DNA from: Sodaliphilus sp.
GTDB taxonomy: Bacteria > Bacteroidota > Bacteroidia > Bacteroidales > Muribaculaceae
Assembly: GCA_041815985.1 (NCBI GenBank)
Contig: JBGYAB010000022.1
Location: forward strand, 4,796 to 68,795
DNA: 64,000 nt
Reading direction: 5' to 3'
In this document: positions 10,109 to 18,199 of the stretch, in pieces
How positions within the stretch are numbered: the stretch's first letter is position 1
Layout of the letters: each line of letters opens with the position of its first letter
Notes under the pieces: generated by a model
What the model was told of the DNA's origin: nothing
Seen by the model: the letters and a program-made list of their open reading frames with translations, nothing else
The model's database searches: none
Program-made: the position numbers and the translations under genes

Positions 10109-10310
10109 TAAACCCAAATCGGTCATTAGAACCCGTACTGATTTTGTTTGAATGTTGAACAAATTGGTTGTCTTTTTTTTGAAGACGTAGCGGGCTACGT
10201 CAAGAAAAAACGACAACCAAGATGCCAACAAGCAGACAAAAGCAGTCGGGAAGCAACGCGATGGACCGTTCTTTGTAAACCTTAGCGTTCTAATAACCAA
10301 TTTGGGTTTA
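10109..10310 (+). mobile_element. MITE-like repeat, copy A (long form, 198 bp plus TA flanks)
   Basis: Left TIR AACCCAAATCGGTCATTAGAAC (10111-10132). The reverse complement of the right end (10287-10308) is AACCCAAATTGGTTATTAGAAC, 20/22 identical. TA on both flanks. Internal core shared with copies B, C and D. Confidence 0.8.
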
Positions 10311-10344
10311 ATGATGTTGCCTTCTGTTTTGAGAAAAGCAGATG

Positions 10345-10374
10345 CGAAAAAAAGCCCCGCATTTGCAGGGCTTT
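10345..10374 (-). terminator. rho-independent terminator of the ompA-family gene
   Basis: The minus-strand RNA reads agccctgcaaatgcggggct followed by a U-run (A-run 10347-10353 on the plus strand). Confidence 0.65.
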
Positions 10375-10401
10375 TAAATCTTAATTAATCAATCGTTAAG
10401 A

Positions 10402-11634
10402 TTATTTGTTGCGATTGATTGTTACGGCACGACCCAAAGATGCGCTCTTAGGACCAACGTTGTTCAAGTTGCCATCGTTGATTTGTGCATCGAGGCGACC
10501 GGCTTCAACACCGAGAGTAGTGAGGCGGTTCTTAACAGTAGCAACACGAGCTTTACGCAAGCGAGTGTTGATCTTGTCGTTACCGGTCCAGTTGTCAGCC
10601 CAACCTGTCAAAGTGTAGTTGTCGTTTTCGTTCTTCATCACTTCAGAAACTGCATCTACAACATTCTTTTGAACACCAACAAGTTTAGAAACGTTGATTG
10701 GGAAGTAAACGATTGCCAATGGAGCTTCAGCAGCCTTTTCAGGTTCCGGAGCTTTGCGGTTGCGGCATTCGTCGAGTTGTTGTTTCAGGTTGGCAATGTT
10801 TTGGTTAGCAGCTTCCAATTTAGCGCGGAGATCATCAACATAAGCGTCGCTGTATTTAACTTCCGGGCATACGGGAACGATAGGAGCACTCCATTCTGTT
10901 TTGTTGAATTTGTAAGCAAAACCGAGGAGAACCGAAGGATATTCAGTCCAAGTTCTGCTACCCCAACCGTCAACATGCTCTTGCATTTCTTCGAAACGAA
11001 GGTCAAGAAGAAAGTCGAAGTTGTTGCTCAGACGGAATGTGTTGAGCAAACCAGCACGAGCACTGAAATTGCGTGAGTGCTTGCCACCTTCGTTGGCTGC
11101 ATATTTCCAGTCACCCTTGTCTTGTTGGTTTTCTTCGCGAGAGAATACCCAGTGAGTACCGAAACCTGCATAGAGAACACCATTGTAGAAGCGACCGGGC
11201 TTGTAACCCATGAGCCAGTTGGTGAGGTTGAACATAACGTCACCGGCTACGCCAATGTTGTTGAATTGTTGCTGGTGGTAACCATCTTTCAACATTTTGT
11301 AGCGGTAACCGAGTGCAGAAAATTGGTTGGAAATTGTTGCACCTTTCATTTGGTTGAATTCACCGCCAATGCGGATACCCAACAGTGGAGAGAACCATTT
11401 GCCAATGTAGAGGTTGCCCTTCCAGCCAATACGATCGCCAAATTCAGCGTGTTTGTCTGATTTAGACATCATAACACCGGCACCGCCTTCGGCGTTGATA
11501 AACCAGTTGTCTTGCATTCTGTTGAAGAGATAGCCTTGAGCCGGATCTTCAACATAAGTCACCTCTTGAGCGTTAGCTGCAACAGGTGCCATCAACATAG
11601 CACATGCACATGCTAATAATGTAATCTTTTTCAT
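10402..11634 (-). CDS. OmpA family outer-membrane protein (beta-barrel N-domain, coiled-coil linker, C-terminal OmpA domain)
   Basis: 410 aa. Signal peptide MKKITLLACACAMLMAPVAANAQ. C-terminal TLTGWADNWTGNDKINTRLRKARVATVKNRL OmpA-like peptidoglycan-binding region. Confidence 0.85.
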   Translation of the reverse strand: MKKITLLACACAMLMAPVAANAQEVTYVEDPAQGYLFNRMQDNWFINAEGGAGVMMSKSDKHAEFGDRIGWKGNLYIGKWFSPLLGIRIGGEFNQMKGATISNQFSALGYRYKMLKDGYHQQQFNNIGVAGDVMFNLTNWLMGYKPGRFYNGVLYAGFGTHWVFSREENQQDKGDWKYAANEGGKHSRNFSARAGLLNTFRLSNNFDFLLDLRFEEMQEHVDGWGSRTWTEYPSVLLGFAYKFNKTEWSAPIVPVCPEVKYSDAYVDDLRAKLEAANQNIANLKQQLDECRNRKAPEPEKAAEAPLAIVYFPINVSKLVGVQKNVVDAVSEVMKNENDNYTLTGWADNWTGNDKINTRLRKARVATVKNRLTTLGVEAGRLDAQINDGNLNNVGPKSASLGRAVTINRNK

Positions 11635-11700
11635 AGACTTACGTTTTTGTTATTGTAATTAAACATTAATAAATAGATATTTCTCGTATAATTTACAGTG

Positions 11701-11708
11701 CAAATATA
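11701..11708 (-). promoter_or_regulatory. candidate -7 promoter box (TATATTTG) for the ompA-family gene
   Basis: The reverse complement of caaatata lies 67 nt upstream of the ATG at 11634. A T9A8 tract (11713-11729) sits immediately upstream on the minus strand. Confidence 0.4.
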
Positions 11709-11767
11709 TATCTTTTTTTTTAAAAAAAACTATCTTGATGAAAAAAACACCATTTTATGCATTATTT

Positions 11768-13810
11768 TCAGCATTTATACGTTTTTTTAACCTCTTGGGC
11801 AATGTTTTCGGCGGTAAATCCGAATTTTTCCTCCAATACCTTATAGGGAGCCGATGCTCCAAAGTGGTCGAGCCCAAAGATGTGCCCGTTGGGAATAACA
11901 CTGCGCAAGGTCGAAGGCAGGCCTGCCGTAAGACCGAAACATGGTTTTCCTTGTGGAATAATCTGCTCTCGGTAGGCTTGATCTTGGTTGAGATAAAGAC
12001 CAATTGAAGGTACCGATACGATTTGTGCTTTTATGCCATCGGCTTCCAAAAGTTTGGCCACCTCTACCAGTGTTGACACTTCGCTACCGTTGCCCACCAA
12101 GATAATGTCGGCCTCATTTTCCTTTTTAATAATGTATCCGCCTTTTTCGGCTTGGAGTGCATCTTTGTAGCGTGCGGCATAGCCTTCGCCGTTTTGCGAT
12201 GGAATATCGGCAATGTTTTGGCGCGAAAGAATGAGGGCTGTGGGAGTTTCGGTATTTTCCATAGCCATTTTCCAAGCCACAGTTGTTTCGGCGGCGTCGG
12301 CCGGACGCAACACGAGCATACTGTTCTTGCCATGCAGGTTTTTGAGTTCTTCCATTAAGCGTATTTGAGCTTCATGCTCAACCGGCTCATGAGTGGGACC
12401 GTCTTCACCAACGCGGAAGGCATCGTGTGTCCAAATGAATTTCACCGGAAGTTCCATCAATGCCGAGAGGCGGACGGCGGGTTTCATGTAGTCGCTGAAC
12501 ACGAAGAATGTGCCACAAGCCCCAATTACACCGCCATGCAGTGCCATGCCATTGATGAGAGAGGCCATGGCGAGTTCCGAAACACCCGCGTGCAAGAATG
12601 CACCGCTGAAGTCGTGTGGCTTGAGTGCGCCGGTTTGTTTGAGGAATGCGTCGGTCTTGTCGCTGTTGGCAAGATCGGCCGAAGATACGATCATGTTTTC
12701 AAGCTGTTCGCCAAGGATTGCCAGCACATCGGCCGAAGCGGCTCTTGTTGCAATGTTGGGCTTGTGCTCGATTGTGGCGTAGTCGATCTCGGTGACTTTC
12801 CCGGCAATATAGTCGTCTAAGCGCGATGCCATTTCTGGGTTTTCATTGCGCCATTCTTGCTCTTTGGCTTTGCGTTCGGCGGCAATTTTTGCGAGAGCCT
12901 CGTTACGCTCCTTGTAAAGTTGTGCGACTTCGGGGAATGTTGCCCAAGGATCGTTCAAGTTACCGCCCAAGTTTTCGACGGTTTTTTCATAGCTAGCCCC
13001 CGATTTGCTCAATGGGTTACCGTGAGTGCTGCATTTGCCCTCGAAGTTGCTGCCGTCTTCGGTCACGCAACCGCGCCCCATGATGGTGTGACCAACGATG
13101 AGGGTGGGGCGTTGTGTTTCTTTTTGTGCTTTTTCGATGGCTTCGGCCATTGCCACAGGGTCTGAACCGTCGACTTCAATCACGTTCCAGTTCCATGCGC
13201 GATATTTCATTGCAGTGTCTTCGCAACTCACCTCGTTGCAGTCGGTTGAGAGCTGCACGTCGTTGCTGTCATAGAACATGATGAGGTTGCTCAAACCAAG
13301 ATAGCCGGCCAATCGGCCAGCTTCCTGCGAAATGCCTTCTTGAATGCCACCGTCGCTGATGAACGCATAGGTTTTGTGGGCAAACACCTCACTGAAGTGT
13401 GTTGCGATGAATCTCTCGGCAATTGCACTGCCAATGGCCATTACATGTCCTTGCCCCAGTGGCCCTGATGTGTTCTCAACACCATGTATAGGGTCAAATT
13501 CGGGGTGACCGGGGGTGATGCTGCCCCAGCTGCGGAAACCCTTGATGTCGTCAACGCTATATTTGCCGGTGAGATGCAACACGCTGTACAGCATGGGCGA
13601 CATGTGCCCGGGGTCTAAATAGAACCGGTCGCGTGAAAACCATGTGGGGTCGTTGGGGTCTTGGATGAGATAACGAGAGTAGAGGACGTTGACAAAGTCG
13701 GCACCGCCCATTGCACCGCCGGGGTGCCCCGATTTTGCTTTTTCTACCATTGTTGCAGCCAAAATTCTAATGTTGTCGGCCGCCTTGTTCATCACTTCTT
13801 TGTTTAACAT
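11768..13810 (-). CDS. tkt: transketolase
   Basis: 680 aa. AKSGHPGGAMGGADF TPP-binding N-terminus, with full-length collinearity to bacterial Tkt. Confidence 0.95.
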   Translation of the reverse strand: MLNKEVMNKAADNIRILAATMVEKAKSGHPGGAMGGADFVNVLYSRYLIQDPNDPTWFSRDRFYLDPGHMSPMLYSVLHLTGKYSVDDIKGFRSWGSITPGHPEFDPIHGVENTSGPLGQGHVMAIGSAIAERFIATHFSEVFAHKTYAFISDGGIQEGISQEAGRLAGYLGLSNLIMFYDSNDVQLSTDCNEVSCEDTAMKYRAWNWNVIEVDGSDPVAMAEAIEKAQKETQRPTLIVGHTIMGRGCVTEDGSNFEGKCSTHGNPLSKSGASYEKTVENLGGNLNDPWATFPEVAQLYKERNEALAKIAAERKAKEQEWRNENPEMASRLDDYIAGKVTEIDYATIEHKPNIATRAASADVLAILGEQLENMIVSSADLANSDKTDAFLKQTGALKPHDFSGAFLHAGVSELAMASLINGMALHGGVIGACGTFFVFSDYMKPAVRLSALMELPVKFIWTHDAFRVGEDGPTHEPVEHEAQIRLMEELKNLHGKNSMLVLRPADAAETTVAWKMAMENTETPTALILSRQNIADIPSQNGEGYAARYKDALQAEKGGYIIKKENEADIILVGNGSEVSTLVEVAKLLEADGIKAQIVSVPSIGLYLNQDQAYREQIIPQGKPCFGLTAGLPSTLRSVIPNGHIFGLDHFGASAPYKVLEEKFGFTAENIAQEVKKTYKC

Positions 13811-13879
13811 TTGGTTGTTTTTTTGTAGGTTATATAATGTTCAATGATAATATTCTACGAAAGTACAAAATAATTCAGT

Positions 13880-13943
13880 CAAAGCCAAATTTAACTCGGT
13901 AAATCTCGTGAATGCTCACGAAATACGGTTGCATTTGGCTTTG
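13880..13943. repeat. nested inverted repeat (11-bp outer stem, 6-bp inner stem)
   Basis: caaagccaaat (13880-13890) pairs with atttggctttg (13933-13943). Inner stem tcgtga/tcacga lies at 13906-13921. Confidence 0.5.
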
Positions 13944-13971
13944 CTGTTCCTTTAAATGAAGACTTTTTTAT

Positions 13972-15285
13972 TTATTCGGTAGGAATGTCTTTGTTCACAT
14001 TCTTGTAGCCCACGAGGGCATAGAACAAAATGTAGGCGGCACACCCAATCACGCTCACGAAACTAATCATGTAGGAGTGAGAAACGTCGGCAATCCAGCC
14101 TTGTAATGGAATGAGGATTGCGCAACCAAACACCATTGTCATGAATGCACCCGAAGCAATGCTGGTGTATTTGCCAAGCCCTTCTACTGCCATGTTGAAG
14201 ATGCCACCCCACATCACCGAAGTGAACAATCCTATGAGGATAAAGCACATTACGCCGATGGGAACTTGGGCAGTTATGACTTTTAAGTTTGCCCAGTCAA
14301 CTCCGGGCATGGAAACGGTGCTCGATTGTGGCAAGAACATGCCGAGTAGCAATAAAACAATGCTGATGCTTGAAACGGCGATGATTTGCGTGCGGCTGCT
14401 CACTTTGCCGGCAACCATGCCACCCATGAGACGACCCACCAGCATCAAGAACCAATAAACGGCTACAATGGTGCCGGCAATGGTGGCATCAATGCCAAGA
14501 CCGGGCGTGGTGGCATTGGTGGCGGTTGTGAGATACTGGAGTACATAGGTTGGTGGCCCTACCTCCAAACCCAAGTACATGAAAATGGCAATAATACCAA
14601 GGTTGAAGTGGCGAAATGAGAATGCGCTGTAATGGCCTGTTGTGTCGGTCGACTTTTGGGCATTGTCTGGTTTCTTGTTGGCTTCAGGCTCTTCGATGTG
14701 AGTGAACAAGAGGACAATAAATGCCAAGATAAACACCCCAAGGGCAATGAATAGTGCAGGAGTTGCATCGGCAATGTGAGCCTTGGCCGCATCGCCAATG
14801 AGTGCTCCCATGATGATGGTTACAGCCACTGCGGCAAGTGAGTTGCACACGCCACCAAACTGCACGAGCTGATTACCCTTGTTGCCACCGCCGCCAAGGG
14901 TGTTGAGCATGGGGTTGACAACAGTGTTGAGCATGCACATGGTGAAACCCGAAATGAATGCACCAATGAGATATACCCAAAAACTTTGAATGCTTTCCCA
15001 CCCCGACATGTACTGAATGAACACCCCGATGATGCCCACAGCAATTGCGAGCAAAGCTGTTTTTTTATAGCCTGTTTTTTTAAGGAGCATACCGCTTGGA
15101 ATGCCCATTACAAGGTAGGCGATGAAGTTGGCAGAGTTGCCGAGTTGTGCGGCGAAGTTAGATGATCCGAACTGATTTTTAACAATCACTGCCATGGGTG
15201 AGCACAGGTTGGTCACGAAGGCAATCATTGCAAATAGGAAGAACATCATGACGATGGCCGCCCATTGTTTTTTTTGTTGTGCCAT
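13972..15285 (-). CDS. sugar MFS transporter (glucose/galactose-fucose permease type)
   Basis: 437 aa, 12 predicted TM helices. The N-terminus MMFFLFAMIAFVTNLCSPMAVIVKNQF resembles the GluP/FucP family. Confidence 0.8.
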   Translation of the reverse strand: MAQQKKQWAAIVMMFFLFAMIAFVTNLCSPMAVIVKNQFGSSNFAAQLGNSANFIAYLVMGIPSGMLLKKTGYKKTALLAIAVGIIGVFIQYMSGWESIQSFWVYLIGAFISGFTMCMLNTVVNPMLNTLGGGGNKGNQLVQFGGVCNSLAAVAVTIIMGALIGDAAKAHIADATPALFIALGVFILAFIVLLFTHIEEPEANKKPDNAQKSTDTTGHYSAFSFRHFNLGIIAIFMYLGLEVGPPTYVLQYLTTATNATTPGLGIDATIAGTIVAVYWFLMLVGRLMGGMVAGKVSSRTQIIAVSSISIVLLLLGMFLPQSSTVSMPGVDWANLKVITAQVPIGVMCFILIGLFTSVMWGGIFNMAVEGLGKYTSIASGAFMTMVFGCAILIPLQGWIADVSHSYMISFVSVIGCAAYILFYALVGYKNVNKDIPTE

Positions 15286-15400
15286 TGTTGTTATTTTTAC
15301 TTGTAACTTGTTTGTTCAATTATATATAGTGAAAGTGAAAGAGCAAAGTTGAGGCTTGTGCTGCATTTTTACGGTTTTGACTGCAAAGAGAATTTGTTGC

Positions 15401-16075
15401 TCAATACTCTCTTTCACCAAATATGTCGGTGCCTATTCTCACCAGAGTGGCTCCTTCTTGCACTGCCAAAGGCCAATCTTGGCTCATTCCCATGCTCAGC
15501 TCCTTGAAGTGAGGGGCGTTGGTAAAATATTTGTCTTTAAGCAAGTTAAAGATTTCTTTTACCTTATGAAATTCTTGTGCCACAAGATGCCGATTGGTGG
15601 TGTTGGTGGCCATTGCCATGAGGCCGCAAATGCGCACATGGTCGAAACCTTCGAATGCGCCTTGTTCAAACTCTTGCACAAGTTCTTCGATGGAGAAACC
15701 GCTCTTTGTTTCTTCTTGTGCCACATGCAGTTGAATGAGTGCGTCTACGCTTCGATTGATGCGGGCGGCTTCTTTATTCACCGTTTTGAGCAACTTCATG
15801 CTGTCGATGCTTTGAATCATGGCAACGTGTGGCATGAGCATGCGCACTTTGTTGGTTTGCAGGTGTCCTATGAATTGCCATTTCACGTCAGTTGGCATTT
15901 GAGGAGCTTTAAAAACCAGTTCTTGAACATGATTTTCACCAAAGAGTCGTTGCCCGGCAGCGTAGGCTTCCATCAGTTTTTCGATGGGGTGATATTTCGA
16001 AACAGCTACCAGTCGGACATCTACGGGTAACTGTTTGGTTATTTTTTTTATGTTTTCTTCAATTTTCGACATCAT
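15401..16075 (-). CDS. yggS: YggS family pyridoxal-phosphate homeostasis protein
   Basis: 224 aa. VAVSKYHP (PLP lysine) and FGENHVQEL motifs. Confidence 0.9.
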   Translation of the reverse strand: MMSKIEENIKKITKQLPVDVRLVAVSKYHPIEKLMEAYAAGQRLFGENHVQELVFKAPQMPTDVKWQFIGHLQTNKVRMLMPHVAMIQSIDSMKLLKTVNKEAARINRSVDALIQLHVAQEETKSGFSIEELVQEFEQGAFEGFDHVRICGLMAMATNTTNRHLVAQEFHKVKEIFNLLKDKYFTNAPHFKELSMGMSQDWPLAVQEGATLVRIGTDIFGEREY

Positions 16076-16098
16076 TTTTTCGGCTCTTTTCGGCCTTT

Positions 16099-16566
16099 TT
16101 ATGCATTGTTTTTGGCTTCTTTGTCGGCAAGGGTTTCGCTCAAGTTGGCCGAGAACACGTCCATGAGTGCAGTTTCGGTGATTGAAGCGATTTCGTAGTC
16201 GAACAGAGTTTCTTTCATTCCTTTCAAGAACTCATCGAGAGCTTGCTTGAAATCGCAGGCTTGTACCAACGAGAATGAAGGGGTTTTCTTCTCGGCGGCA
16301 GTTTTTTCATCAATGGTGATCATGTTTATTTTTACCTTATACCAGCGATCGCCGCCTTCGTTCCAAAAAATGTCGTCGAGTTTCACTTTCTTCACGGCGG
16401 CCACGGTAAATTCTCCCGAAATGTAGGGTGTCATTTCCTCGGTAATGCGAGCCTCGGCTTCGGTAAATGATAGCGCATCGATCAAGTAGGGTTCTGTTAC
16501 CGTTTTTACTGCTCCTGTTTCAAGAGTTTTGTCATATTTTACTTTTGTTTCAAACCACTGTGACAT
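16099..16566 (-). CDS. DUF4494 domain protein
   Basis: The track ORF runs 16099-16653. I prefer the internal ATG at 16564-16566 (MSQWFETKVKYDK...), which matches the usual family N-terminus. The upstream extension overlaps the divergent promoter region. Confidence 0.7.
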   Translation of the reverse strand: MSQWFETKVKYDKTLETGAVKTVTEPYLIDALSFTEAEARITEEMTPYISGEFTVAAVKKVKLDDIFWNEGGDRWYKVKINMITIDEKTAAEKKTPSFSLVQACDFKQALDEFLKGMKETLFDYEIASITETALMDVFSANLSETLADKEAKNNA

Positions 16567-16640
16567 AGTTGCTGATTTTGTTTTAAGTATATTATAATAA
16601 TGTGTATTGTTTAGCATTGACCGATGGGCAATGTTCATTG

Positions 16641-16648
16641 CAAAGTTA
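16641..16648 (-). promoter_or_regulatory. candidate -7 promoter box (TAACTTTG) for the DUF4494 gene
   Basis: The reverse complement of caaagtta lies 75 nt upstream of the ATG at 16566. Confidence 0.35.
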
Positions 16649-16681
16649 AACATTTATTTCAATTTTTCGTCCACAAAGTGT

Positions 16682-16689
16682 AACTTTGC
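16682..16689 (+). promoter_or_regulatory. candidate -7 promoter box (TAACTTTG) for yigZ
   Basis: Exact TAnnTTTG only 7 nt before the ATG at 16697, which implies a leaderless or near-leaderless mRNA. Confidence 0.35.
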
Positions 16690-16696
16690 AACAACG

Positions 16697-17296
16697 ATGA
16701 GTGATTTTTTCAAAACGATAAAAGCAAAGTCGCAAGGGGTGTATAAAGAGAAAATGAGCAAGTTCATCTCTTTTGCAGTGCCTGTTGTCACGGCCGATGA
16801 AGCCAAGCAAGTGGTGAAATCGCTGGCCAATGAATATCATGATGCCCGCCATTGTTGTTGGGCCTACATGATTGGCACCGAACGCAATGAGTTTCTCACG
16901 AGCGACAACGGCGAGCCGTCGGGTACAGCAGGAAAACCCATTTTGGGGCAAATCAATTCACATGAATTGACTAATGTGGTGATTGTTGTTGTGCGCTATT
17001 TTGGCGGCATCAAGCTGGGAACATCGGGACTTATTGCCGCCTATCGAGAGGCGGCGCGACAAGCGATTGAAAACGCTGTGATTCTCGAATGTCACGAACA
17101 AGCACGACTGATGTTTAATTTTCCTTATTTGAGCATGAACGACATCATGAAAATCGTTAAAAACTCCGATTTGAGAGTTATATATCAACAGTTTGACAAT
17201 AATTGCACAATGACTGTTGAGTGTGATGCCGACAAAATTCCGGCATTGAGAGAAAGCATTTTGACGGTAGCCGGAACTGCCGTTATCGCCGATTGA
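16697..17296 (+). CDS. yigZ: YigZ / IMPACT family protein
   Basis: The track ORF starts at 16607. I prefer the ATG at 16697 (MSDFFKTIKAKS...). HDARHCCWAYM and GEPSGTAGKPIL motifs of UPF0029. Confidence 0.85.
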   Translation: MSDFFKTIKAKSQGVYKEKMSKFISFAVPVVTADEAKQVVKSLANEYHDARHCCWAYMIGTERNEFLTSDNGEPSGTAGKPILGQINSHELTNVVIVVVRYFGGIKLGTSGLIAAYREAARQAIENAVILECHEQARLMFNFPYLSMNDIMKIVKNSDLRVIYQQFDNNCTMTVECDADKIPALRESILTVAGTAVIAD

Positions 17297-18044
17297 ACAA
17301 AAATCTTGCCCTGCAATGGCAATTCTTGCCGTTGTCGAGCGACAGTTTGCAATCCATCGGGTTGCTGTCGTCAAGATTGATTTGTAAAGTTTCTCCAAAC
17401 CGTGTTTCTTTCACAAAAGCGATTTCCATGCGACTGATAAAATTTTCGTCATATTTTTCAAGAGAGAATTGGTTGAGAAACAGTTCCAAATACCGCACTG
17501 TGTTCACATGGCGGTTTAGGTCACAGTCTACATATTTAAAAGTGTAGTTCTCGCTTTTGCCGTTTGCCGTGCGCAGGTGGCTTTGTGGTTCTATCGGGCA
17601 ATCTTTGTCGGCAATGATTTCTTTCATGTAGTCCAGTTTGGTGAGGTCTGCACTTTGACGTGTTTCATAACTGATCACCATCCACACTGTGCGTGCATAG
17701 CCTATGATTATTCCGTCTTTGTCCTTAATTTCCATGTTGCGGAGCGAAAAATGACGGTTATAATCTTCAATCCATGTGGTGATGCTGTAGTTTTCGTTGA
17801 TTTTAGGATATCGTTTCATTTCGGTGGTCACTCTGGTGAGCACCCATGAGTTGTTGTTTTCAATGAGTTTTGCGAAGCCTATGCCGAGAGTATTGGCATG
17901 TAGTGTCGAGACTTCGATGAGGCGGTTCATCAGCAAGGGTAGTGGCATTTCTTGTTCGGGATTACCCTCGCTTGCTGTGAGAAAATATGGTTGGGTAAAT
18001 TCTTGCGCTATCATTTGTTTTTTCGATGTTTTATTGGTTGTCAC
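17283..18044 (-). CDS. acyl-[acyl-carrier-protein] thioesterase
   Basis: 253 aa with a double hot-dog layout. N-terminal YFLTASEGNPEQEMPLPLLMNRLIEVSTLHAN is typical of FatA/B-like bacterial thioesterases. Confidence 0.8.
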   Translation of the reverse strand: MTTNKTSKKQMIAQEFTQPYFLTASEGNPEQEMPLPLLMNRLIEVSTLHANTLGIGFAKLIENNNSWVLTRVTTEMKRYPKINENYSITTWIEDYNRHFSLRNMEIKDKDGIIIGYARTVWMVISYETRQSADLTKLDYMKEIIADKDCPIEPQSHLRTANGKSENYTFKYVDCDLNRHVNTVRYLELFLNQFSLEKYDENFISRMEIAFVKETRFGETLQINLDDSNPMDCKLSLDNGKNCHCRARFLFNRR

Positions 18045-18165
18045 TCTGCGTTCATGTTTTCCTTTGCGGAGTGAGGAGAGTGAGCACTATGATTTATTGA
18101 AGAATATAATTGTTCATGAATGGCAAATTTTATAAATTCCCTTGCCAAAGATACGCATTTTTTAT

Positions 18166-18173
18166 TAATTTTG
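18166..18173 (+). promoter_or_regulatory. candidate -7 promoter box (TAATTTTG)
   Basis: Exact TAnnTTTG 27 nt upstream of the ATG at 18200. Confidence 0.4.
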
Positions 18174-18199
18174 TTTTCAAAATCAACTGTTAAGTAAGT

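Noticed and set aside
10091-10300. Small ORFs drawn across the MITE copies (10091-10300, 31084-31350, 57882-58142).
   Set aside because: The homologous DNA is read in different frames in copies A and B (LFNIQTKSVRVLMTDLG versus FVQHSNKISANANDRLG). The 77-bp indel is not a multiple of three, and copy C has no equivalent ORF. The repeat is therefore non-coding.
15356-16030. A 224-aa plus-strand ORF exactly antisense to yggS. Similar long antisense ORFs occur at 822-1373, 3549-4208, 21348-21911, 30170-30838, 48238-49092, 51900-52649, 53457-54140 and 54976-55806.
   Set aside because: Each lies fully inside a gene with strong family motifs on the other strand. Their translations are low-complexity and have no recognisable motifs. 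These are typical shadow ORFs produced by the codon bias of the real gene.
16099-16653. N-terminal extensions of track ORFs (16099-16653, 16607-17296, 25929-27278, 31812-32861, 32906-34597, 48013-49929, 51396-53249, 57220-57885).
   Set aside because: Internal ATG codons give the expected family N-terminus or a proper signal or lipoprotein peptide. Several of the extended starts are TTG or GTG codons that overlap promoters or the upstream gene.
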